This document shows, piece by piece, positions 47,173 to 55,637 of a stretch of DNA of 64,000 nt (its first letter is position 1; each line of letters starts with the position of its first letter). The DNA comes from Alphaproteobacteria bacterium. Lineage in GTDB: Bacteria > Pseudomonadota > Alphaproteobacteria > Micavibrionales > Micavibrionaceae. The stretch covers positions 87,871 to 151,870 of the forward strand of contig NVUR01000001.1 of NCBI GenBank assembly GCA_002401965.1. Reading direction: 5' to 3'. The position numbers were made by a program, and so were the translations under genes. The notes under the pieces are model-generated. The model had not been told where the DNA came from and searched no databases. It worked only from the letters and a program-made list of their open reading frames with translations.

Positions 47173-49323
47173 GTGTTGCATAGAAAAATTATATACTTTG
47201 CTGTTTTGTTTATGGGGCTTGTTTCGCAATCCATAACCCCCGTATATGCCGATGAAGAGCTGGAGCGATATGCCGAAGCCACCATCATTGCAGAGCGTAC
47301 AGCCATTCATCCAGCCGATGAAATCACGCTGGCCATCAATATAAAGCTCGCCCCGCATTGGCATGTTTACTGGAAAAACCCCGGTGATTCCGGCTTACCC
47401 GTCAGAATAGAGTGGGACGTACCCGAAGGCTTTGAAATCGGAGACATCCAGTGGCCAACGCCAGATAAGATCTCCTACGACATCTTGGTAAATTACGGCT
47501 ATTACAATCAAGCCGTACTTCTACAGACCTTGAAAACCCCCGACACATTACCCGAAGGCAAAATCACACTCACCGCCACGGTGAATATGCTGGTTTGTAA
47601 TGACATCTGTATTCCCGAAACAAGTACGATTTCGATTGATCTGAATAACCCTGACGATCTGGACACAGATAACAGCACGCTTATTCAGGACGCATACAGC
47701 AAAATCGCCAAGCCGATCAACGGCGCGTTTTTATACTCGGAAAACGAAAAGATATTGCACCTTTCCCTAACACCGGAAGATCGTACGCTTTTAAATGAGG
47801 CCACAGCAGAAAATCTGGAGTTCTTCCCACTAGATTGGGGAATCATTAACCACCTTGCCATGCCAAACGTACAGATCGAAGATGGTGTCATCACCATCGA
47901 CCATGAGCGCGGCGACCAAGCCTTTACCGAAATTACAGAGATGAAAGGTCTATTGGTCATTAAAGGAGAGCAAGGCCAGAATAAAGGCTTCGCCATAACC
48001 GCTCTGCCTGATAAATCAGCAACGACACCCACTGTTACAATTAACAAGAATAACGTAGAAACAGCGCCTATCACAAAAAACGTACGAACCAGCAAGACAA
48101 CGTGGTTCAGCGCCCTTTACCTTGCTCTGTTCGGCGGTATCATCCTTAATTTAATGCCCTGCGTGTTCCCTATTCTATCAATGAAGGCCTTAAGCCTTGT
48201 TAAAATGAACGATAAAGAAAACAAAGAGGCACGTACACATGGCATCGCTTATACGCTTGGCGTGGTCTTAAGCTTTCTGGCGATTGGCGGCATATTACTC
48301 ATCTTGAAAGAAGCAGGTACGGTTGTCGGATGGGGATTTCAACTTCAAAATCCGATAATTGTCGGTATTCTCGCTTATCTATTATTCGTCATAGGCCTGA
48401 ACTTGATCGGCTTTTTCGAATTTAAATCCAGCTTCGGTAATGTCGGTAATAAATTAACACAAGGCCAATCCCTTAGCAGCTCCTTCTTCACAGGTACACT
48501 AGCAACCGTTGTTGCAACGCCGTGTACGGCGCCCTTCATGGGTGCAGCCATGGGCTTTGCCCTAACGCAACCCGCCATTGTCAGCATGAGCATCTTCGCC
48601 ATGCTAGGTTTCGGCCTCGCTCTGCCTTATCTCGTTTTATCGTATGTCCCGCAATTTCGTCGCATATTGCCCAAGCCAGGCGCATGGATGGACGTGTTTA
48701 AACAATTCCTCTCCTTCCCGATCTTCGCCTCCTCGATATGGTTGATATGGGTGTTGAGTCAACAATCAGGCTCTTACGGTGTATTACTGGTTCTGCTCGG
48801 CATGCTCGCCATTGCGTTTTGTGTCTGGCTTTCTCACTTAAAAAGCAAGGGCATCGCAAGACGCTTAACAAGTACACTCTTCGTGCTATGCATGTTCCTG
48901 CCAATTTTCAGCCTGTCTTATATAAAGGACACGCACCAAAACGCATCCTCCTCACAAAAAGCGTACAGCTTCGGCGAACCATTTTCCCCTGAAAAACTAT
49001 CGGAACTTCTCGAAGGAGACGCACCCATCTTTGTTGAAATGACCGCGGCATGGTGCATCACCTGCAAGGTTAATCATGCCATTGCCATTAACATCGACTC
49101 CACAAAAGCATTATTCAAAGACAATAACGTACGCTACCTAATCGGCGACTGGACAAGCAATGACGACACCATCACGCAATACTTGCAAGCCTTCGGACGC
49201 AACGGTGTACCTATTTATGTCTTTTACGGCAAACGTGACACCAACACAGGTAAAAGACCGGAGGCAGAATTACTACCGCAGGTCCTGACAGCGGCAACCC
49301 TACAAAAAACAATAGCAAAATAA
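47173..49323 (+). CDS. DsbD/ScsB-family membrane thiol:disulfide electron transporter (GTG start)
   Basis: Signal peptide, an N-terminal periplasmic domain (HWHVYWKNPGDSGLP, VCNDICIP), a central CcdA-like TM core (two conserved Cys-containing helices: LNLMPCVFPIL, ATPCTAPFM) and a C-terminal thioredoxin fold (WCITCK). Confidence 0.85.
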   Translation: MLHRKIIYFAVLFMGLVSQSITPVYADEELERYAEATIIAERTAIHPADEITLAINIKLAPHWHVYWKNPGDSGLPVRIEWDVPEGFEIGDIQWPTPDKISYDILVNYGYYNQAVLLQTLKTPDTLPEGKITLTATVNMLVCNDICIPETSTISIDLNNPDDLDTDNSTLIQDAYSKIAKPINGAFLYSENEKILHLSLTPEDRTLLNEATAENLEFFPLDWGIINHLAMPNVQIEDGVITIDHERGDQAFTEITEMKGLLVIKGEQGQNKGFAITALPDKSATTPTVTINKNNVETAPITKNVRTSKTTWFSALYLALFGGIILNLMPCVFPILSMKALSLVKMNDKENKEARTHGIAYTLGVVLSFLAIGGILLILKEAGTVVGWGFQLQNPIIVGILAYLLFVIGLNLIGFFEFKSSFGNVGNKLTQGQSLSSSFFTGTLATVVATPCTAPFMGAAMGFALTQPAIVSMSIFAMLGFGLALPYLVLSYVPQFRRILPKPGAWMDVFKQFLSFPIFASSIWLIWVLSQQSGSYGVLLVLLGMLAIAFCVWLSHLKSKGIARRLTSTLFVLCMFLPIFSLSYIKDTHQNASSSQKAYSFGEPFSPEKLSELLEGDAPIFVEMTAAWCITCKVNHAIAINIDSTKALFKDNNVRYLIGDWTSNDDTITQYLQAFGRNGVPIYVFYGKRDTNTGKRPEAELLPQVLTAATLQKTIAK

Positions 49324-49377
49324 AAATGAATCACTTATAGTTTACAACCCATAACATACCCTTGAAAGGATCATATT

Positions 49378-50001
49378 ATGTTTAAGAAAATAGCTTATTT
49401 CACATTGGCACTGGCCTTTGTACCACTCGCACTCGGCTGGGTTAGCGTACCCGTACAGGCCTCCGTCGAAATCGGCGAAGCCGCACCAAACTTCACCGCA
49501 ACAGATATTCACGGCAACAACTTTAACCTTGAAGACCATAAAGGGAAAATCGTTGTACTTGAGTGGACAAACCACCTTTGCCCGTTTGTGAAAAAACATT
49601 ATGACACAAGCAACATGCAAAACACACAGAAGACCGCCACGGATAATGGCGTTGTTTGGGTTTCAATTGTCTCTTCTGCTGAAGGTAATCAGGGATATGT
49701 CTCCGCTGAAGAAGCCCTCACAATAGAAGAAAAAGCCGGCACACACGCAACCGCACGTATCCTTGATGCCTCAGGCGAAATCGGCAAGCTCTATGCGGCG
49801 AAGACAACACCGCACATGTTTGTAATCTCCGCTGAAGGTAATGTCGCCTATGCCGGTGCAATTGACAGCAACCCAAGCCCAAGCCCTGACGCTGTAGAAG
49901 GTGCAACAAACCTTGTGCTTGCCGCGCTGGATGATTTGTCGGCTGGTCGCATCGTAAAAGTTCCACGCACTGCGCCATACGGATGTTCGGTTAAATACTA
50001 A
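49378..50001 (+). CDS. Periplasmic thioredoxin-fold / peroxiredoxin-like protein
   Basis: Signal peptide, then AAPNFTATDIHGNNFNLEDHKGKIVVLEWTNHLCPFV (AhpC/TSA-redoxin-like). It lies directly downstream of the DsbD/ScsB-like gene. Confidence 0.75.
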   Translation: MFKKIAYFTLALAFVPLALGWVSVPVQASVEIGEAAPNFTATDIHGNNFNLEDHKGKIVVLEWTNHLCPFVKKHYDTSNMQNTQKTATDNGVVWVSIVSSAEGNQGYVSAEEALTIEEKAGTHATARILDASGEIGKLYAAKTTPHMFVISAEGNVAYAGAIDSNPSPSPDAVEGATNLVLAALDDLSAGRIVKVPRTAPYGCSVKY

Positions 50002-50024
50002 CCCCCTGAGCAGCTAAAATAACC

Positions 50025-50056
50025 AAGGTCGGATGTGAAAACTTCCGACCTTTTTT
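50025..50056 (+). terminator. Rho-independent terminator after the redoxin gene
   Basis: GGTCGGA-N10-TCCGACC hairpin (50027..50050) followed by T6 (50051..50056). Confidence 0.7.
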
Positions 50057-50179
50057 GTGACTATAATACATAAAACAAGACAATTATCAGCCCCGAATAT
50101 CAGACCCAAAATAGAAATATGAAAAAGGGCTTGTCAGAATCAGTGGTTTTCGCGTACCATAACAACAGTACAACCTGTA

Positions 50180-52138
50180 TTGATTCTCCTTATGTCCATA
50201 AGAAATAAAATAGACCTAAAGCCACAAATATCTGCCCTCGCACGACCACAGGCAGAACACGCGCGCTGTGCCATTAACGAAGATGGCACAATCATTTACG
50301 CGAATGAGGCTTTCTATCAGCTCTGCGGGATCAACGAAGGGCAACGCAATTACGCGCTCGATATCTTTACATTCTCGGAAAATGTTCTGGACGATATACA
50401 TGACATCACCACCCTGCCTAAAGGCGATCACGATGTCCATATTAACGGCAATCCAATCATCAGTGGCTTTCACTTTGACTGGCTGAGTACTTCGGATGAT
50501 AAGCGTTACCTTATTGCCTCGGCAACAGATGATGCCTTAGAAAGTGATCTGGAGGGCGACCTCAACCTGCTCATCACAAAAATACAAAACTCTGCCGCAC
50601 GCATAGAAACAACCGCCGATAATGTCATAGACATAAAGCCCACAGCTAACGATTTCGCAGAATTTGTCCTGATGACACATGACATCATGATTACCACTGA
50701 TGAACAGGGGCGAATCATAAACGCAAATAACGCCTTTCTGGAGAGCTTTGGTTACACCTCGAATGAGCTTAGAGGCGCATCTTTCCTCAATTTATTTAAT
50801 CACGAGGACAGATCGACAGTCCGCAATACAATGCTGAGCCTGACCTATAACGCAAACAAAGAAAATAATTCCGACCAAATTATCGACTTCGAATCACGCA
50901 TTCTAACGCGCGGGAAACAGGCACGTTGGGTTGAGTTCCGCCAGAAATGCGTCAATGGTAAAATCTATGCCTTAGGGCGCGACATCACCAACATAAAACA
51001 GCAACAAAGTAACCTAGAGAGACGTCAAAAACAACTCTCCGAAGCCGAAGCCATCGGGCGTATGGGGCATTGGCACTGGTTGATTGGTGAAGATAATATC
51101 TCATGGTCAGAGGAAATATTCCGCATCTTCGGCGTTGACCAAAACCAATATAAACCCTGCATCAATGGTCTGACCGACCTGATTCATAAACGTGATTTAG
51201 GGCGCGTTGTGCAAGTTTTTCAACGCGCCATCATCGAAGAAAAAAACTATGATATGGAATTCCGCATTGTCCGCCCAGGCGGCGATATCCGCTTTATCAT
51301 GTGTGAAGGACGCTGCGAAAAAGATGACACTGGTGAGATCATCGCCCTCTACGGCATCATGCAAGACATGACAGAGCGCATGCTCTACGAACAAGAGCTA
51401 CGCCAAGCCAAGGACGCCTCAGAACAAGCCTACGCCGCAAAATCACGCTTCCTCGCTAATATGAGCCACGAACTGCGTACGCCTTTAAATGCAGTGATCG
51501 GATTTTCCGAAATGATCGAATCACAAATGCTGGGGCCGATCTTTAACGAAAAATACATCGAATACGCCACCAGCATCAAAGACAGTGGAAAACACCTGCT
51601 TGACCTGATTAGTGATATTCTCGACATGTCCAAAATCGAAGCAGGCAAGCATACGCTCGATCTGGAAGAGATTAACATCAAAGATATCATTGATCGCGCC
51701 ATCCACATGATTAATGGACGCGCCGCAGAACAAGAAATATCACTACGTACACCTGAGCCCGAAGAAAGTGACATCAATATTATCGGCGATAGACGCGCTT
51801 TAACACAAATCTTGCTTAATCTACTATCAAATGCGGTGAAATTCACCCCTGCTCATGGCTCTGTCTGGATTGAATGCTGTAAAAAGGACACGTACATCTC
51901 TTTAAAAGTCTGTGATACAGGTACAGGCATTCCACCAAATAAACTCGCCTCTGTTTTACGCCCCTTCGAACAAGTATCATCGCAATATACCCGCGATCAC
52001 GAAGGCACTGGTCTTGGGCTATCCATTACCAAAAAATTGATTGAGCTTCATAACGGTTCTATCCATATTGAATCATCTATTGATGTTGGTACAACCGTCA
52101 GTGTACGCCTACCTTATGGCATAAATACAGCAGAATAA
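50180..52138 (+). CDS. Cytoplasmic PAS-PAS sensor histidine kinase
   Basis: H-box FLANMSHELRTPLNAV and N/G1/G2 boxes (LLNLLSNAVKF, DTGTGI, GTGLGLSI), with two PAS-like regions and no TM helix. The ORF track start is a TTG at 50180; the first ATG is at 50192. No response regulator is adjacent. Confidence 0.88.
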   Translation: MILLMSIRNKIDLKPQISALARPQAEHARCAINEDGTIIYANEAFYQLCGINEGQRNYALDIFTFSENVLDDIHDITTLPKGDHDVHINGNPIISGFHFDWLSTSDDKRYLIASATDDALESDLEGDLNLLITKIQNSAARIETTADNVIDIKPTANDFAEFVLMTHDIMITTDEQGRIINANNAFLESFGYTSNELRGASFLNLFNHEDRSTVRNTMLSLTYNANKENNSDQIIDFESRILTRGKQARWVEFRQKCVNGKIYALGRDITNIKQQQSNLERRQKQLSEAEAIGRMGHWHWLIGEDNISWSEEIFRIFGVDQNQYKPCINGLTDLIHKRDLGRVVQVFQRAIIEEKNYDMEFRIVRPGGDIRFIMCEGRCEKDDTGEIIALYGIMQDMTERMLYEQELRQAKDASEQAYAAKSRFLANMSHELRTPLNAVIGFSEMIESQMLGPIFNEKYIEYATSIKDSGKHLLDLISDILDMSKIEAGKHTLDLEEINIKDIIDRAIHMINGRAAEQEISLRTPEPEESDINIIGDRRALTQILLNLLSNAVKFTPAHGSVWIECCKKDTYISLKVCDTGTGIPPNKLASVLRPFEQVSSQYTRDHEGTGLGLSITKKLIELHNGSIHIESSIDVGTTVSVRLPYGINTAE

Positions 52139-52170
52139 GCCCCTGCCCTCCTCGTTGAGGAATTTATTCC

Positions 52171-52199
52171 TTGACACAATAAGAATAATATCCTATATA
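52171..52199 (+). promoter_or_regulatory. Near-consensus sigma70-type promoter with no annotated gene downstream
   Basis: TTGACA (52171..52176), a 17-nt spacer, then TATATA (52194..52199). There is no convincing ORF, and no plus-strand gene before the window turns to minus-strand genes. Confidence 0.35.
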
Positions 52200-52570
52200 T
52201 GCCTATAAGACCGGTTAGCATGAGAAGACCTCAGACCGTCGGCACCGCCCATCAGCCTTGGGTGATAAGTCCTACGCAGGAAAATTCATGCCTTTTTTAA
52301 GGCTACGCGCAATCTATGGGCGCCCATTCTTGTATCAATGGTGATATGAAGAAATAAAGAGATGAAAGCAAGAAAATCCACGAAAAACAGGATAGAAACA
52401 AGAAAAACACTCAGGCGACCCCGCCCCTTTTTATCATCCGCACACCAGCGAAGCCTTTTTGTCATCCCGAGCGAGCGCAGCGCCGAGGGATCTTACACCC
52501 GCACCACAAAAAACAGCTTACGCCATTCCGTATTTGAGATAACATTGGAGGATAGAAAATACAAAAAGCG

Positions 52571-52671
52571 TAGCCAATGATATTTTCTTTTCTACAAGGC
52601 ATGAGCGGCGATGCGTATTCTTATACGCGAGACGTGATATAACGCTGTAGAAAAGGAAAGATCGAAGGCTA
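52571..52671. repeat. ~100-nt imperfect palindromic element, copy B
   Basis: The 5' arm TAGCCAATGATATTTTCTTTTCTACA is complementary to the 3' arm TGTAGAAAAGGAAAGATCGAAGGCTA. The central hairpin is GCGTAT-tctt-ATACGC. The internal blocks are the same as in copy A. Confidence 0.6.
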
Positions 52672-52722
52672 ACAGGAGGAAAGTTCTACGAACAAACTAT
52701 ATAAAACACTAAAAATGAAGCT

Positions 52723-53655
52723 CTAAACACGGCTTTTCAGAATAGAGGACGCGTAATTTTCTGCGTCTAGACACCCTTGCAGCCCTTCTTTATAACTGGG
52801 ATATTTTAGTTTTATGCCAAGTTCATTTTTGATTTTATCATTGCGTACGCGTTTATTATCCGCATAAAAACTAATCGTTATGGGCGCTAAATCAACATCA
52901 TCAAAGCGTTGAAGGGGGGGCGGTTCAATCCTCAATAAAGAACAAGCATAACCAATCACTTCATGGCTGGGGGCGGGCATATCATCGCAAATATTATAGA
53001 TTTCTCCAGCTTTCGGCGCAGACATAGAGGCCAATAAAATATGTGCTAAATCCTCAACATGAATACGGCTAAAAACATGATCTGGCTTATCAATCCGGCG
53101 CGCAATGCCCGAGCGTACAGAATCAAGTGCACTACGTCCAGGGCCATAAATCCCTGCTAAACGAAAAATATGAACAGGCAATTTATAGGTCTGAAACAAA
53201 GAAAGCCATTGTCTTTCTACATCTAAACGCTTCGCACCACGTTTCGTGATTGGACGCGCTTCTGATGTTTCATCAACCCATTTTCCACCCCGATCACCAT
53301 AAGGACTGGTCGTGGATAAATAGCCGATCCACTCCAATTTCGGCAAATCAAGAATATCTTGTGCATGTAGGTTAAAACTAGGATCACCATCACGTGAAGG
53401 AGGCGTACAGATCAATAAATGTGTAACATCCCGCAACATATAAAGTGGGTCAGGCAAAGGCGCATCATAATCGAATAAATGCGCCTTTACACCGCGCGCG
53501 CGTAAATCTTTTCTCTTATCCCGATCACGGGTTGTGCCTGACACACGCCAACCACCGCGTTGCATCAATTCATGTCCGATATAGTCACAGCTATAGCCAT
53601 AACCGAAACAAAATAAATGTTTTTCCGTGCTCTCCAATGCCCTATTCCCTAACAT
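52723..53655 (-). CDS. NAD(P)-binding Rossmann-fold epimerase/dehydratase-like (SDR family) protein
   Basis: N-terminal FCFGYGYS dinucleotide-fold-like segment and a conserved alphaproteobacterial SDR-like body. The function is not resolved. Confidence 0.75.
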   Translation of the reverse strand: MLGNRALESTEKHLFCFGYGYSCDYIGHELMQRGGWRVSGTTRDRDKRKDLRARGVKAHLFDYDAPLPDPLYMLRDVTHLLICTPPSRDGDPSFNLHAQDILDLPKLEWIGYLSTTSPYGDRGGKWVDETSEARPITKRGAKRLDVERQWLSLFQTYKLPVHIFRLAGIYGPGRSALDSVRSGIARRIDKPDHVFSRIHVEDLAHILLASMSAPKAGEIYNICDDMPAPSHEVIGYACSLLRIEPPPLQRFDDVDLAPITISFYADNKRVRNDKIKNELGIKLKYPSYKEGLQGCLDAENYASSILKSRV

Positions 53656-53669
53656 ACCCGTTTGTTATT

Positions 53670-54338
53670 TTATGATACTGTTTGAATGTGATTTACAGCC
53701 GGATTAAAATCGGGAACGCGTTCCTCAACCAAAAAATCATAGCCTGTACGTGCCTTTATTTTCTCGTACCATTGATGTGCCACATGATGCTGTTCCCAAG
53801 GTACATCGCCGACATAATCGACCGCCGATAACTGCGCTGCAGCAGAGATATCCGCAAGAGAAAAAGTATCACCGGCAAGCCACTGACGCCTTTCTATCAA
53901 AAACCCGATATAATCAAGATGGTAATGTATGTTCGCCCGACCGGCACGTACAGAAGGACCATGTGGCTCTCCAAGATTAAGAATCGCCTTCATCAGCTTT
54001 TCATCAACAAGATTTTCTGTGACTTCCTTATTAAATTTTCGATCAAACCAGTTCACCAACCGCCGCGTTTCCGCGCGCTGTACAGGATCATGACCAATAA
54101 GATTAATTTCCGGATAAACTTCATCCAAATACTCACAAATAACCTGGGAATTAGAAAGGATAGTGCCATTTTTCTCAACCAAAAGAGGTAAATCCCCTGC
54201 CGGATTCATTGCCAAGAATTCTGTGCGACGTTCCCATGTCTTTTCAATTGTGAGGTCGAAAGACAGATTTTTTTCCGTCAAAGCCATTCTGACTTTACGA
54301 GAAAAAGGGTGCAACCAAAAATGAAATAACATACGCAT
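53670..54338 (-). CDS. Glutathione S-transferase
   Basis: Thioredoxin-like N-domain (PFSRKVRMAL, NPAGDLPLL, ESQVICEYL-like) plus a helical C-domain. Confidence 0.88.
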   Translation of the reverse strand: MRMLFHFWLHPFSRKVRMALTEKNLSFDLTIEKTWERRTEFLAMNPAGDLPLLVEKNGTILSNSQVICEYLDEVYPEINLIGHDPVQRAETRRLVNWFDRKFNKEVTENLVDEKLMKAILNLGEPHGPSVRAGRANIHYHLDYIGFLIERRQWLAGDTFSLADISAAAQLSAVDYVGDVPWEQHHVAHQWYEKIKARTGYDFLVEERVPDFNPAVNHIQTVS

Positions 54339-54404
54339 GCGGGTAGTCTAACGAATAAAGAGAAATATTCAATATCACAAGTCAAAATTTATGAAAAAAC
54401 AATG

Positions 54405-55613
54405 TTACAGCATAGCAGCTATAACGGAAATATCAAGATTTACACTGCCACCTATCGCATCTGTGCTTTGCCATTTCCCCTGTCCGATACCAAAATCCAA
54501 ACGGTTTAAATCAAGCGCAGCCTTCATTTTTACGGTGTTTGTCTCTTTGCCTACATCCAATGTAAATGGTAAATCCATCGAAACTTTAACACCATGTAAG
54601 GTCAGGCTTCCACTTGCTATAAATTGATTCGCACCTGTTTTTTCAAAAATATTTGATTCAAATATGGCATACGGGAATGTTTTTACATCAAACCATTCCA
54701 TTGAAACTGCCTGCCTATCACGATCATTACTGCCCGTTTTTATGGATGAAATATCAATTTCGATGCGCACCTTGCTTTGATCCAATCGTGCCTCGTCAAA
54801 AAATATCTGCCCGCGCCCAATTTTAAAGCTGCCCTCAAATCCTTGTCCATATTGTGTCGCTTCAAAACGTATTGAACTGCTTTCAAAATCAATAAGCCAC
54901 TCAGGCAAAGGAGAGGATATCGCAATAACATCTTTTTCCTTATCAACAGAAACACGCACACTGGCATCAGAAGAATAAACCGCTAAATATTGCTTTTTCA
55001 AATGCTGAAACGCATAGATGCAGCCAGATACGTACAGTGAAAAAACAAAAACAGTTAGAATAACACCACCCACCAATCCTAGATCAGGCATAGTTATCCG
55101 GCGCAATGTAGCATCCCGATCAACAAAATGATGTTTCAGCGCACCGACCATATGAAGACCAATAATTAACAACAATGTATAGGCGAGAATTTCATGTAGT
55201 TCTCTAGAACTATTGAACAGGAATTCATTTTTCTGTGTTAAATCAGGCATATAGAAGCCAAAAAACTTAACGGTAAAATCCCCAGCAGAAGACATCACCC
55301 ACCCTGATAACGGCATAATAAAAAGAGCCAAATACAAGAAAATATGCACCAAACGGGCAATCACATGTTCCCATTTTTTATGCGTTCTTAATGGCTTGGG
55401 CTTTCGTTTCACAACGTGCCAGACAACACGTACACCTACCAACATCAACACCAATAAACCAAACGACTTATGCCAGCCATACAGCAACAACTTATCCTCG
55501 CTAAAGGCCAATGAGTTCATATAAAACCCGATAAATAACAGCCCCAAGACTAGCAGGGCTGTCACCCAATGTATGATTTTGGAAAACACATGATATGAGT
55601 CTGCTTGTTCCAT
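54405..55613 (-). CDS. Cytochrome b561 - YceI domain fusion protein
   Basis: The N-terminal four-TM region has b561-type His ligands (IHWVTALLVL, WHKSFG, HIFLY, HFVDRD). The C-terminal ~180 aa are YceI-like (FEGSFK, TGSNDRDRQ, LTLHGV). Confidence 0.8.
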   Translation of the reverse strand: MEQADSYHVFSKIIHWVTALLVLGLLFIGFYMNSLAFSEDKLLLYGWHKSFGLLVLMLVGVRVVWHVVKRKPKPLRTHKKWEHVIARLVHIFLYLALFIMPLSGWVMSSAGDFTVKFFGFYMPDLTQKNEFLFNSSRELHEILAYTLLLIIGLHMVGALKHHFVDRDATLRRITMPDLGLVGGVILTVFVFSLYVSGCIYAFQHLKKQYLAVYSSDASVRVSVDKEKDVIAISSPLPEWLIDFESSSIRFEATQYGQGFEGSFKIGRGQIFFDEARLDQSKVRIEIDISSIKTGSNDRDRQAVSMEWFDVKTFPYAIFESNIFEKTGANQFIASGSLTLHGVKVSMDLPFTLDVGKETNTVKMKAALDLNRLDFGIGQGKWQSTDAIGGSVNLDISVIAAML

Positions 55614-55637
55614 GTGTCCTCCTTTAAATCACCAGTT

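Noticed and set aside
52206-52300. A partial resemblance to a TPP riboswitch (UGAGA ... GGGUGAUAAGUCCUACGCAGGA versus CUGAGA ... UGGAUAAUGCCAGCGUAGGGA).
   Set aside because: The GGGGUGC/P1-P2 part and the ACCUGAUC segment are missing or poorly matched, and no thiamine gene, or any plus-strand gene, lies downstream.
52362-52580. A listed 72-aa ORF (MKARKSTKNRIETRKTLRRPRP...) in the noncoding island.
   Set aside because: It is Lys/Arg-rich low complexity with no ribosome-binding site, and it reads through the GC-rich palindrome (VIPSERSAEGS). It is most likely noncoding.
52574-52650. A tmRNA-like tag reading frame, GCC AAT GAT ... = ANDIFFSTRHE..., reminiscent of alphaproteobacterial ANDN.. 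tags.
   Set aside because: The frame ends in ...RRDITL rather than a hydrophobic ..(L/V)AA tail. There is no tRNA-like acceptor or T-arm nearby, and the sequence is the 5' arm of palindromic element copy B.
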